Assembly (NCBI GenBank): GCA_963795085.1
Contig: CAWCFX010000001.1
Span: forward strand, 704,001 to 768,000
Source: an uncultured Gemmatimonadales bacterium
GTDB taxonomy: Bacteria > Gemmatimonadota > Gemmatimonadetes > Gemmatimonadales > GWC2-71-9
DNA length: 64,000 nt
Direction: 5' to 3'
The notes below the pieces were generated by a model that did not search any database, was not told where the DNA came from, and was given only the letters and a program-made list of their open reading frames with translations. A program made the position numbers and the translations under genes. Positions within the stretch are counted from its first letter, which is position 1, and each line of letters starts with the position of its first letter. Positions 1-11,948 of the stretch are shown piece by piece.

Positions 1-1
1 G

Positions 2-1240
<1,239 letters not shown>

Positions 1241-1246
1241 CACCGG

Positions 1247-1394
1247 TCCATCGGGACACTCTTCCCAATCTCTCCTCGTGTCCCGGTGGACACGGACGCC
1301 TCGATCCCGCCGCGAGCATCTAACCCGACACTCCTTACGTCACAATCACTTACCTCGCTCGGCCCCGGGGCGCATTTCGTGGCCGTTCGCTTGC
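1247..1394 (+). promoter_or_regulatory. Sigma54-type promoter with upstream inverted repeat (candidate enhancer) and IHF-like site
   Basis: TGGCCGTTCGCTTGC at 1380-1394 has GG-N10-GC spacing. TCACAATCACTTA at 1340-1352 resembles WATCAANNNNTTR. Inverted repeat TCCATCGGGACAC (1247-1259) / GTGTCCCGGTGGA (1278-1290). Confidence 0.6.
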
Positions 1395-1469
1395 CTTTCC
1401 CTGGTGGCGTCACCGCGGCGAGCCCGTTCGCCGCACCATCGCGCCCAAGGCGCCCACCAGGAGGAAAAC

Positions 1470-2483
1470 ATGACCCGCACCGTCATCACCACGCATCGGT
1501 TCCCGCGTACCGCGCTCGCGCTGGGCGCGCTGCTCCTCGCCGCCTGTGGCGAGAAGCCGCCGGCTGGAACCGCTACCGCCGGCGCCGAAACTCCGGCGGC
1601 GACCATCATCAATGCCAGCGTCACCACGCGCGAGCCGGCGCCCCTGCCCACCGCGGCCGGCCCGGTCATGCCGGCGTCATTCGCCGATGCCGAATCGGTG
1701 TATCGCGCCGGAGACTATGCCGCCGCCCGGCGGTTCTTTCAGTCCTATGTCGAGGCCCGGCCCGAGAACCCCTGGGGCCATTACATGCTGGGGCTCTCCG
1801 CGTGGAAGAGCGGGGACCTGCCGCAGGCCGAAGCCGCCTTTGAGCGGGCCATCACCCTGGATTCGACTCAGATCAAGAGCTACCTGAACGGGGCCCGGGT
1901 GCTCCTGGACCTGGGGCGGAACCACGAGGCGCTGGAACGGGCCGAGCAGGCCCGCCGGCTGGATGCTGGAAACGCCGAGACACTCAGACTCATCGCCCGG
2001 GCCCGGCACGCGATGGGGCAGGCCGATGCCGCGATCGAGGCGTATCGCGGGGCCATTCTGCTGGACGACCGCGACGTGTGGGCCATGAACAACCTGGGTG
2101 TCCTGTATCTCGATCGGGGCGAGCCGGACCTGGCGCTGGCACCCCTCGCGAGGGCCGTACAGCTCCGGAACACCGCACCTGTCTTCCAGAACAACCTGGG
2201 CATCGCACTGGAACGCAGCGGCCATGTCGCCGCGGCCCGGTCGGCCTACGAGGCAGCGATCCGCGCCGACAGCAGCTATGCCAAGGCCATCACCAGCCTT
2301 GCCCGGGTGAATGGCCTGGTTGCCGACCCCGCAGACCTCGTGGATCTCGATGAGCTGGCCCAGGTATTTCGGATGCAGGTGGGGATGTGGCGGGATAACG
2401 CCGCCCTGGGGGGTGAACCGGCTCTCGATTCGCTGATCAAGGCGGACACCCTGACCGGAGCCGGTCCCGAGGGGGATCGGTAG
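1470..2483 (+). CDS. TPR-repeat lipoprotein
   Basis: SD AGGAGG before ATG 1470, lipobox LLLAAC and multiple TPR-like repeats (e.g. WAMNNLGVLYL, FQNNLGIAL). Confidence 0.85.
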   Translation: MTRTVITTHRFPRTALALGALLLAACGEKPPAGTATAGAETPAATIINASVTTREPAPLPTAAGPVMPASFADAESVYRAGDYAAARRFFQSYVEARPENPWGHYMLGLSAWKSGDLPQAEAAFERAITLDSTQIKSYLNGARVLLDLGRNHEALERAEQARRLDAGNAETLRLIARARHAMGQADAAIEAYRGAILLDDRDVWAMNNLGVLYLDRGEPDLALAPLARAVQLRNTAPVFQNNLGIALERSGHVAAARSAYEAAIRADSSYAKAITSLARVNGLVADPADLVDLDELAQVFRMQVGMWRDNAALGGEPALDSLIKADTLTGAGPEGDR

Positions 2484-2504
2484 GGACTGACAAGCGACAG
2501 CACG

Positions 2505-2531
2505 AAGCCCCGGCGAGCCGCCGGGGCTTTT
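2505..2531. terminator. Intrinsic terminator between convergent genes
   Basis: AAGCCCCGGCG-agc-CGCCGGGGCTT followed by TT. Confidence 0.75.
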
Positions 2532-2574
2532 CTGCCACCAATCCACCTCACATCGACCCCCGGACCCCTCAAGC

Positions 2575-2970
2575 TCACTTCGTCTTCTTCACGATCCCTT
2601 CCAGCACCTCTTTCGCCAGGCCCTTGTCCCACACCACCATGTCCTCGCTGGCGACGACCTCGACCCGGGTACCTTCACCTTCGGTGCGGAGGGTGACCTG
2701 GATGTTCTTGTCACCGCGCTTTCCGTTCAGTTGCCGTTCCTCGCTGCTGCCCGTCTGCTCGCTGGTGATTTTCTCCTCGCTGATGCCCATTTCCCGGAAG
2801 GTCTGCTGCGCGGCCGCCATGGCCCGGTCGATGGGGGTCGCCACCAGGGATTCGGCGCCCCGGTCGGACAGATAGATGCCGGCACCCAGGCCGGCCCCCG
2901 CAGCGGCGAGGCAACCACCGGTGGTCGTGACAACCAGCGCCAGCAGGACAGTTCTCAGGTGTCGGGACAT
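2575..2970 (-). CDS. DUF3568-like lipoprotein
   Basis: AGGAG SD before ATG 2970, lipobox TGGC followed by AAAGAGLGAG, and a small alpha/beta domain typical of this family. Confidence 0.65.
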   Translation of the reverse strand: MSRHLRTVLLALVVTTTGGCLAAAGAGLGAGIYLSDRGAESLVATPIDRAMAAAQQTFREMGISEEKITSEQTGSSEERQLNGKRGDKNIQVTLRTEGEGTRVEVVASEDMVVWDKGLAKEVLEGIVKKTK

Positions 2971-3059
2971 ATCGGCTCCTCCACGGTCAGGTCCATGGCA
3001 AAACGCTCCCGACACGGTGGCGCTCCGGCCACCTGGCAGCCGTGACCTGTCTCACGAGT

Positions 3060-4814
3060 CTACTGCAGTACCGGCAGGACGATGCGGGAAGGGCGCCGGC
3101 GATCGTGGTAGATCGAAATCCGGGCGGACTGCGTGTTGTCGGAGAACACTTCCGAGTCGCCGCTGTGGAGGTTCCGCGAGAACCACGGATAGAAGGTCGT
3201 GGAAACCTGGATTCGGATCCGGTGACCCCGTCGGAACAAGTTGCCGGTCAGCATGTTGTCCAACGTCAATCGGTAGATACGCCCGGGGACCAGTGGTGCC
3301 GGTTCCATGGTTTGGGTGCGAGAGCTGGCCCGGATCACGTCCAGGCCCGGGTGCATGAGGTTCCACGCAGTGCCGTCCGGCGCAACATCCTGGACCCTGA
3401 CCCAGAGGTCGGTATCCCGCCCGTCGACGGCCAGGTAGATCTCCGCCGATATGGCGCCAACTACCCTGAGTTCCTGGTCCAGTGGCGGAGTCTCGAAGGT
3501 CAGGACATCCTCCCGACCCGCCAGCGCCCGGTAGTCGTGGGCCCCCGGGGATTCGGCATGGGGATCGATGACCGGGGCTGCGGGATCCGACTCGAAGACA
3601 CTGAACTCCTCCTCCTCCGGGTTGCGGGCCGGCAGGAGGCGTCCCAGGGCGGAACTGGTATCCCGGCCCGCGAGGTACAACGGATGCGGTTGGATGCCCG
3701 GCAGGGGCCAGCGGTCCGACTCGATCCAGCGATTCTCGCCCATGACGTATACCCGGACCCGGGGCTCGGTCCTGACCCCGTTGTCCAGCCCTTTGAGGTG
3801 ATGGTCCATCCACCGGAGCACCAGCTCGTCGTAGTCCCGGGCAGCCTGGTCGCCCACCTCACGCTCTCCCACCGCAGTCCGGCCTACGGCATCGACCCCA
3901 TGGGACCAGGGGCCCAGCACCAGGCTGGCCCTGGGCGCCCGTCCCGCGCGGGCGGCAAGGAGGCCTCGAAAGTTGCGGATCGCGCCCGATGGCCCGTAGG
4001 CCTCATCATGCCAGCCGGACAGATTCAGCACCGCGGCCTGGGTGCGCCGGTACTTGCCGGTAAGATCGGCCCAGTTCCACCACGGGTCGGCGGCCGGATG
4101 ATTGAGCCATTCGTAGTACCAGGGCGCCACCTGCTTGAGAGCGGGCAAGCCGCGGAGCGGAAGGTATCCGTGCAGCCGGTCTTTGACCGCCTGCCACTCG
4201 GCGGCGGCAGCCTGGTAGGTTTGCGGACCGGGCAAGCCGTTCCGGACCCGGATGTCGGGCGCGATGTTGAACCAGATCCACCCGATCCAGGAGAGATCCC
4301 AGACGCCGCCGGAGGTGAAAAACGTCCGCGGGGTGGCGAAGGTCATGGCCGGCGCCATGGCGCGGAGGTGAGGTGGGCTTTCTACCGCGGCGAGCCATTG
4401 GACGGCACCGGGGTAGGACAGGCCAAAGGTACCCACCTGGCCGTTGGACCAGGGCCGGGCCGCGGCCCATTCAATGGTGTCATAACCGTCGCGACCCTCC
4501 TGGTGGTAAGCGTTGAATTCGCCGCCCGACCCATAGCGGCCGCGGACGTCCTGGACGAGGACGGCGTACCCGCGATCCACCGCTTTCCGGAAGATGGTAT
4601 ACTCTTCGACCGCTGAGCGGCGCCCGTACGGCGTCCGGTAGACCAGGACCGGCCAGGGACCCTCTCCCGGTGGGCGGAGCAGATCGGCCTTGAGGATCAC
4701 GCTGTCTCGCATGGGAATGGCAAGATCGCGATCCGTGACCAGCGGCGCGGAATCCTGGGCCCGGAGCACGCCCGAGATTGCCGCAACGAGAGGAAACCAG
4801 CGAAGGAGGCGCAT
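3060..4814 (-). CDS. CocE/NonD family serine hydrolase, secreted
   Basis: Signal peptide, RTPY, QDVRGR, GxSYxG nucleophile (GLSYPG), GPWSH and a C-terminal jelly-roll domain. Confidence 0.92.
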   Translation of the reverse strand: MRLLRWFPLVAAISGVLRAQDSAPLVTDRDLAIPMRDSVILKADLLRPPGEGPWPVLVYRTPYGRRSAVEEYTIFRKAVDRGYAVLVQDVRGRYGSGGEFNAYHQEGRDGYDTIEWAAARPWSNGQVGTFGLSYPGAVQWLAAVESPPHLRAMAPAMTFATPRTFFTSGGVWDLSWIGWIWFNIAPDIRVRNGLPGPQTYQAAAAEWQAVKDRLHGYLPLRGLPALKQVAPWYYEWLNHPAADPWWNWADLTGKYRRTQAAVLNLSGWHDEAYGPSGAIRNFRGLLAARAGRAPRASLVLGPWSHGVDAVGRTAVGEREVGDQAARDYDELVLRWMDHHLKGLDNGVRTEPRVRVYVMGENRWIESDRWPLPGIQPHPLYLAGRDTSSALGRLLPARNPEEEEFSVFESDPAAPVIDPHAESPGAHDYRALAGREDVLTFETPPLDQELRVVGAISAEIYLAVDGRDTDLWVRVQDVAPDGTAWNLMHPGLDVIRASSRTQTMEPAPLVPGRIYRLTLDNMLTGNLFRRGHRIRIQVSTTFYPWFSRNLHSGDSEVFSDNTQSARISIYHDRRRPSRIVLPVLQ

Positions 4815-4838
4815 GCCGATAATATGCACCGGGTCCCC

Positions 4839-5642
4839 ATGACGTCCGCAACCGTGGCCCTGCTGGGAGTGGCGTACGACCAGGCGTCTTCGTTTCAGCG
4901 GGGGGCGGCTGCCGGGCCGGCGGCGATCCGGGCTGCGCTGCACTCCGGGAGCACCAACCTATGGTCGGAATCGCTCCTCGATCTGGGACGCCCGGGCGTG
5001 CTGATCGACGCCGGCGACATCACTCCCGCCCGGGCGGCGGCCCGGGACGAGATCCAAAGCGCGGTGGCCGCCGTCCTGGAGCGCGGACAGGCTCCGCTTA
5101 TCCTGGGAGGAGACCATTCGATCACCTATCCGGCGGTGCGGGCGTTCCGCGGCCGGGCGCCTTTCGCGCTTCTCCACTTCGATGCTCACCCCGATCTCTA
5201 TCCTGACTACATGGGCGACCGCTATTCGCATGCCTCGCCATTTGCCCGGCTAATGGAGGAGGGACTCGCGGCCGAGCTGGTGCAGGTGGGAGTGCGGACG
5301 ATGAACGGCATCCAGGCCGAGCAGGCGGCGCGGTTCGGGGCGCAGGAAATCGGGCCCGACCAATGGGCGGCCGGCTGGCGGTTCAGCTCCGCGCTACCGG
5401 TCTATCTGTCAATCGACCTGGATGTTCTGGACCCCGCCTTCGCGCCCGGCGTGGCTCATCCCGAGCCGGGCGGTTGCTCCACCCGGCAGCTGCTCTCCAC
5501 GCTGCAGGCCATCCCGAATCGGGTCATCGGAGCGGATATCGTCGAATTGAACCCCGCGAACGATCCTGCCGGGCTGACCGCGAGGGTCGCCGCGAAACTG
5601 GTCAAGGAAGTTGCCGCGATGATGCTACGGGTGACGGTCTGA
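4839..5642 (+). CDS. speB: Agmatinase (arginase/ureohydrolase family)
   Basis: GGDHS, DAHPD, SHAS and SIDLDVLDP motifs. Alternative start at 4824. Confidence 0.85.
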   Translation: MTSATVALLGVAYDQASSFQRGAAAGPAAIRAALHSGSTNLWSESLLDLGRPGVLIDAGDITPARAAARDEIQSAVAAVLERGQAPLILGGDHSITYPAVRAFRGRAPFALLHFDAHPDLYPDYMGDRYSHASPFARLMEEGLAAELVQVGVRTMNGIQAEQAARFGAQEIGPDQWAAGWRFSSALPVYLSIDLDVLDPAFAPGVAHPEPGGCSTRQLLSTLQAIPNRVIGADIVELNPANDPAGLTARVAAKLVKEVAAMMLRVTV

Positions 5643-5643
5643 T

Positions 5644-7530
5644 TCAGCGGACTCGGAGGAGGGCCAGGTCGGTCCGGGAGACGGAGAGGGGCTGACCTTC
5701 GGGAGCGGTGTAGGCAATCTGGGTGGGGCCGCTGACCTCGACTTCCAGGTAACGGGCATCGAGTTCTTCCAGCATCAGCGTGGAAACCCCTCCGCCGGCC
5801 GATACATGGGCATCCACGAGCACGCTCGCCGGAAAGAACCGGCGCAGGTCCCACATGGGGTCCTGGATGGCCGGGCTGGCGCCCGGCAGTTCGTCGGCGT
5901 ACCAGGAAAGCAGCCATTCGCCCACCACCTGGTTGGGGGAGCGGCGCTGCCCGGTCAGGTCGTTGGAGATCTGGGTGAAGGTCCGCCGCGCCGGCAACGA
6001 GGAAAAACGCTCCAGCACCGCGGCCTGCGGCTGTCCGGATTCCACCGCCCGGGCGATCAGGCTGCTGACCATGCGGCAGGCCATCGGGTAGTCGATCGCA
6101 CCGGCGACGGACCGGGGGCGGGCCGGGACGTCCGCCAGCCCGCACATGGAAAACAGGCGGGCCCCCTTGGCGGTCATCAGATGCGGAGAATTCCCCAGGT
6201 TGCTCGTGAAGGGCCGGGGCGCTCCCTGCATCGTCCACAGGTGCCGCATGACATCGGCGTAGCCTTCGACGGTCCATTCCTTTCGCCGGGCCGACTGGTC
6301 CGGGCTGCGCTGAAACCAGAAGTCGGCCAGGTGCGCGGTCTCGTGGGCCGCGGTGCTGAGCATGCGTGCTTCCCGGGCCGCCGTAGGGCGGAACAGCGCG
6401 GTGCCATCGAGCCAGATGAAGTCGTTGCGCGCGGGGCGGTTGCCGCACAAGTGCCCGGTTTCCCAGGATGGATACGCGAAGCCGCGGGCGTTGGCCGCGC
6501 TGGAGTCGGTGACCAGCACCGGGATACGGCTGGAACGGTGCCAGCCGGGAAGCGCCTCCGTGAAAAACGGGGTGACCATTGTTTCGTACTCGTCCAGGAA
6601 GGCCAGGAGGCGTTCCTTGACCGCCGGGTTTCGGCGAGCCCGTACCAGGGTAGGCGCGTCGACGAAGACCATCAGGTGGGCCGAGCTGCCGACGGCCTTC
6701 CAGTATTCGGGCCTGCGGCCCGGCCCGTGCAGCCCCAGGAAGCGGCCGTTCTTGGCCCGGGCGGTGGCCAGGAGCAGCGAATCACCGATGACGGGCGAGG
6801 CCGAACATGGAGTGGCCCCGGGCAGCACCGAATCCCAGGGTGCCCGCTCGAGGTAATTGACCGCCGGCAGGTAGGAAAGCTCGTACTGTTCAGGGTCCGG
6901 CCGCTCCACCAGGCGGGAGGGCCGCTTGGGGAGGGACCGCGGGCCCGCCACCTGACGGCCAAGGAGCCGGTGTTCCGGCTGAATCGTCACCTGGGCGCGG
7001 ACCGTGTCGGTTTTCCGGGCCAGACGGTCGTCCTGTTCCCACGAAAACGGCATCGCGACATAAAGGCCGGTATCGGCGACCTCGACCGCGCAGCCGCGCG
7101 CGACGGCGTCGGTTGCAAGGACGTGCTCGCCCGGTGCGAGCGAAACCCGGAAGGGCACGGCCGCCGCCGGCAAGACCACCTGAGTCCGTTGCCGGCCCCG
7201 GCGAAGCTCGACGTCAAAGGAGACTCCGGACCGGAGGCAGGGCGTAAAGAGGGCCGACGGCAGTTCCACGGCAAGGCTGGTGTCGCTGGCCTGCCGAGTG
7301 GGGGCCCGGAAGCCTCCCACCCGCACCTGGATGCCCGCGAGGTCCACCCCCGAAAAGCGAAGAACCTGACCCGGCGCGAGCACCGAATCCATGGGCGTGA
7401 CGCGCAGGCTCACCGGTCCGACCAGCCCCTCGTCCGCCCGGCATGCGAGCAGCACGAACACCGCAAGGGCCAGAACGATCAGGCCTCGCGCCGTGCTGAG
7501 GTTGACATGGGCGGGTGTTGCGGGCCGCAT
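5644..7530 (-). CDS. Putative lipoprotein zinc metallopeptidase (gluzincin-like)
   Basis: Lipobox VLLAC, Ig-like N-terminal segment and HExxH (AHETAH) with downstream EGYAD. Confidence 0.6.
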   Translation of the reverse strand: MRPATPAHVNLSTARGLIVLALAVFVLLACRADEGLVGPVSLRVTPMDSVLAPGQVLRFSGVDLAGIQVRVGGFRAPTRQASDTSLAVELPSALFTPCLRSGVSFDVELRRGRQRTQVVLPAAAVPFRVSLAPGEHVLATDAVARGCAVEVADTGLYVAMPFSWEQDDRLARKTDTVRAQVTIQPEHRLLGRQVAGPRSLPKRPSRLVERPDPEQYELSYLPAVNYLERAPWDSVLPGATPCSASPVIGDSLLLATARAKNGRFLGLHGPGRRPEYWKAVGSSAHLMVFVDAPTLVRARRNPAVKERLLAFLDEYETMVTPFFTEALPGWHRSSRIPVLVTDSSAANARGFAYPSWETGHLCGNRPARNDFIWLDGTALFRPTAAREARMLSTAAHETAHLADFWFQRSPDQSARRKEWTVEGYADVMRHLWTMQGAPRPFTSNLGNSPHLMTAKGARLFSMCGLADVPARPRSVAGAIDYPMACRMVSSLIARAVESGQPQAAVLERFSSLPARRTFTQISNDLTGQRRSPNQVVGEWLLSWYADELPGASPAIQDPMWDLRRFFPASVLVDAHVSAGGGVSTLMLEELDARYLEVEVSGPTQIAYTAPEGQPLSVSRTDLALLRVR

Positions 7531-7657
7531 GGGCCTTCCCTCCGGCTGGAAACTAGTGACTACCCGTAGGTATAGATGCAAAAGCAGGACCTGCGGTTAC
7601 TGCCCCCTGGAGCGGGCCGCCCCGGCCTCCCCGGCCAGGATTGTCTGCTCCGCCGGA

Positions 7658-8080
7658 CTACCAGCCGTCCGGAAAGGTGACATCGATGGCCATCGCGATC
7701 GCGACCAACTCGCGTGCCGCCCCGGCATAGGGAAGCAGCGATCCCATGCTCCCTTTCGAAAGGCGAAGTTTCCCGCTCATTACCGCAGTCAGCGGAGCCA
7801 TCGTCCCCCCGAGCAGTTCGCGCCATACCGGGGCAGTTCCGGTCAGGACGTAGCGGGCGTTTTCCCGGTCCAGGGGAGTGGCCGCCCGGGCCTGGCGACA
7901 CTCTCCGTGCCAAAGGTCGAGGTAGACCGCCCGCTCGTCGGCGGTGCTCGAGCCATCCCGGGCCATGACCAGGGCGACACCTCCCTCCCATGTACTCGCT
8001 GCGGCCCGGTACGCCTGGCTCTGGTTCAGCCGGGTGCACCATTGGTTGGCCCATTCCGCGGAAAATGCTTCGCTTGCCAT
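7658..8080 (-). CDS. SCP2 sterol-binding domain protein
   Basis: Motifs YLDLWHGEC and AVMSGKLRL; size 140 aa. Confidence 0.85.
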   Translation of the reverse strand: MASEAFSAEWANQWCTRLNQSQAYRAAASTWEGGVALVMARDGSSTADERAVYLDLWHGECRQARAATPLDRENARYVLTGTAPVWRELLGGTMAPLTAVMSGKLRLSKGSMGSLLPYAGAARELVAIAMAIDVTFPDGW

Positions 8081-8370
8081 GATCCTAGTCAGGGTATGTT
8101 GACCGTGAATGGTGACTTACAATTTTTGTCCAGTGAGTCAGTGTCCACCTGACCTGTTGGTCAATCGGCGCAAGGAGCCCGGTACCAGGGGCTGCTTTCG
8201 CCGTCTATTCCCAAGAACGTGATGCACATCACTGCCCACCCCCACGAGCGAAGGACATCTTGCCCATCCTACGGGACCCGACGATCGCGGTCCCGGTCAA
8301 GCGGTTCTGGCCTATTGCCGAGTGTGGTAGGGTTGCCGTACCGCATCAAACCTGTCAGGGAGGTTATCGG

Positions 8371-9045
8371 ATGTTTTCTCATCGCTCTCACTCCGGCCGG
8401 GTCGCGCTCGCTGGTTTAGTTGCGGCCTTCAGCGTTGTCGGCTGTGCCCGGGTCACCCCGGACCAGTTGCAGACCGAGTTGACCACCATTCGTTCGGAAA
8501 TCGCCTCCGGAGACAGCGCGTTGAGCGGGCGTATCACCGCGACGGATCAGCGGGTGAATGCCATGCAGACCCGGCTCGACTCCCTGGAGCGCGACCTGCA
8601 GGCTCTGCGCAGCGAGTTTAACGCCAGCATCCAGCGAATGGAAACCGCCGTGCGGTTCAATGTACCCGTACACTTCGATTTTGACGATGCGACCCTTCGC
8701 GAAGCCGACCGGCCGATGCTGGACCGCTTTGCCCAGATCACCCAGAAGTACTTCACCGACGCGACCATCACCATCGAAGGCTTCACCGACCCGGCTGGCG
8801 ATGCCAGCTACAACCTGGCCCTCGGCATGGACCGGGCCGAGGCCGTGCGTGACTATCTCGCCTCGGCGAGCGGTCTGACCGGCGACCGGGTCAAGGCCGT
8901 GAGCTATGGCGAGGCGCGGAACCGGCAGGTTGTTCCGGGGGCGCAGGGCCCCGGCCAGGCCGGGATGGAGAACCGCCGGGTGGCCCTGGTCATCGACTAT
9001 GCGGGCACCGGCACCACCCCGACCACCACCGCCAGCGCAAACTAG
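8371..9045 (+). CDS. OmpA-family peptidoglycan-binding lipoprotein with N-terminal coiled coil
   Basis: SD GGGAGG, lipobox VVGC, heptad-repeat segment, OmpA C-domain (FDFD, EGFTD, YNLALG, RAEAV, NRRV). Confidence 0.9.
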   Translation: MFSHRSHSGRVALAGLVAAFSVVGCARVTPDQLQTELTTIRSEIASGDSALSGRITATDQRVNAMQTRLDSLERDLQALRSEFNASIQRMETAVRFNVPVHFDFDDATLREADRPMLDRFAQITQKYFTDATITIEGFTDPAGDASYNLALGMDRAEAVRDYLASASGLTGDRVKAVSYGEARNRQVVPGAQGPGQAGMENRRVALVIDYAGTGTTPTTTASAN

Positions 9046-9065
9046 CCGCCCCGCGGTTCCTCCAG

Positions 9066-9093
9066 AAAGCGCCGGGTTCTCCCGGCGCTTTTT
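9066..9093 (+). terminator. Intrinsic terminator
   Basis: AAAGCGCCGGG-ttct-CCCGGCGCTTTTT. Confidence 0.85.
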
Positions 9094-9114
9094 GTTTGCC
9101 GTTACCTTGGGGCC

Positions 9115-10230
<1,116 letters not shown>

Positions 10231-10242
10231 CCCCGGACGGTC

Positions 10243-11529
10243 ATGCCGGACCCGGCCCACCCACCCTCATTCGGCGAAGCATTCCGCTTCTGGCTCCGGC
10301 TGGGGTTCATCAGCTTCGGCGGGCCGGCCGGCCAGATCGCGATCATGCACCGCGAGCTGGTGGACGAGCGGCAGTGGATTTCGGAGCCTCGGTTCCTGCA
10401 CGCGCTCAATTTCTGCATGTTCCTCCCCGGCCCCGAGGCCTGCCAGCTGGCCATTTACATCGGGTGGCTGTTCCACGGGACCCGGGGCGGCATCACCGCC
10501 GGAGTTCTGTTCGTGCTTCCGTCGGTCGTCATTCTCTGGGGGCTGAGCCTCCTCTATGCATCGCTCGCCGGCCTGGGCTGGGTGGTGGCGGTATTCTACG
10601 GGCTCAAAGCAGCCGTCGTTGCGATCGTGGCCCATGCCATGGTGCGCATCGGACGGCGCGCGCTCCGGAACCTGCCCCTTGCCCTGATCGCGGTCCTCGC
10701 CTTTGTCGCGCTCTATTTCCTGAACCTCCCGTTTCCCCTCGTCATCCTGGCCGCGGGGGTGGTTGGTTTCGCGGGTGGCACCATTCGTCCTGATGCCTTT
10801 GCGCCGACGGGCGGCGACGGGCACCCGTCTCCCTACACGTTTCGCGACTTGGCCGGGCCAGCGCCGACGGGTCGGTCAATCCGGGTGGCACTGGTCTGCC
10901 TTTTCCTCTGGTGGCTGCCGGTCCTGGCTGCGGTCTTATGGCTCGGCAGCGGCAGCGTGCTGGTGGGCGAGGCGCTGTTCTTCAGCAAGGCGGCGATGGT
11001 GACCTTTGGCGGGGCCTACGCCGTCCTCCCCTACGTTGCCCAGCACGCGGTAGAACGGGCCGGCTGGCTCTCCGCCCCGGAGATGGTGGATGGGCTGGGG
11101 CTCGCCGAAACTACCCCGGGGCCGCTGATCATGGTGGTGCTGTTTGTGGGGTTCATGGCGGGATGGCATCACCCAGAGCCGCTCTCGCCACTGGGCATGG
11201 CCACCGCGGGAGCGCTGTTGACCACCTGGGTCACGTTCGTTCCCTGCTTCATGTGGATCTTCCTCGGAGCTCCCTACGTGGAGCGGCTCTACGGCAACCG
11301 GAAGCTGGGGAGCATACTCGCGGCTATCACGGCGGCGGTCGTAGGGGTCATCGCCAACCTGTCGGTGTGGTTCGCCGGGCATGTGGTGTTTCCGGCCGGC
11401 CGGCTGGACCCCTTCGCGCTGGGGCTCGGCATCATCGTCCTGGCGGGCCTGTTGCGTTGGAAATGGAAGGTGGTGCCGGTGGTAGGAGGCGCGGCACTGG
11501 CCGGGTGGGGGTACTGGCTGATCAGGTAA
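10243..11529 (+). CDS. chrA: Chromate efflux transporter (long-chain CHR family)
   Basis: Two CHR repeats with FGG and PGP motifs (SFGGPAGQ, LPGPEA, TFGGAY, TPGPL). Confidence 0.92.
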   Translation: MPDPAHPPSFGEAFRFWLRLGFISFGGPAGQIAIMHRELVDERQWISEPRFLHALNFCMFLPGPEACQLAIYIGWLFHGTRGGITAGVLFVLPSVVILWGLSLLYASLAGLGWVVAVFYGLKAAVVAIVAHAMVRIGRRALRNLPLALIAVLAFVALYFLNLPFPLVILAAGVVGFAGGTIRPDAFAPTGGDGHPSPYTFRDLAGPAPTGRSIRVALVCLFLWWLPVLAAVLWLGSGSVLVGEALFFSKAAMVTFGGAYAVLPYVAQHAVERAGWLSAPEMVDGLGLAETTPGPLIMVVLFVGFMAGWHHPEPLSPLGMATAGALLTTWVTFVPCFMWIFLGAPYVERLYGNRKLGSILAAITAAVVGVIANLSVWFAGHVVFPAGRLDPFALGLGIIVLAGLLRWKWKVVPVVGGAALAGWGYWLIR

Positions 11530-11589
11530 AGGGGCCTCACCGGTATCACGAAGGGAACGAAGAAATGATTGTCCCTCCGGGGGGCCTGC

Positions 11590-11841
11590 CTACTGCGCTG
11601 GCTTGTAGATCCGGAGCCGGGGGTTGCCGCCCAACCCGACGAAAGTCAGGCCGAGGGTGGCCAGATCGTCCGGGGTCAGGCTGCTCAGGGTCTCCTGGTC
11701 CAGAAAGCCGCTTCGCCGGGCGCATGGCTCACAGATCCCGTGGGACACCCCGGATCCTTCCGGGCTCCCTTCGAGAGTCTCGCCACACCAGGCGCAGCGC
11801 AAAAGCAACGGCATCAACAACCTCGTCCCCGCCGAGGCCAC
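11590..11841 (-). CDS. Small zinc-finger protein (CAWC...SHGICxxC), possibly truncated
   Basis: CAWC and HGICEPC motifs; purine-rich SD (AGGGGGA) before GTG 11841. Confidence 0.55.
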   Translation of the reverse strand: MASAGTRLLMPLLLRCAWCGETLEGSPEGSGVSHGICEPCARRSGFLDQETLSSLTPDDLATLGLTFVGLGGNPRLRIYKPAQ

Positions 11842-11948
11842 GGTTATTCCCCCCTATGGGGGATCGCCGAATCCCCGGGGCGGGTGACCTCGGGAACCGG
11901 GGTGCGAAGGGGCATTTCGCATGCCATTCCGGGCGGGGCCTCGACGCG

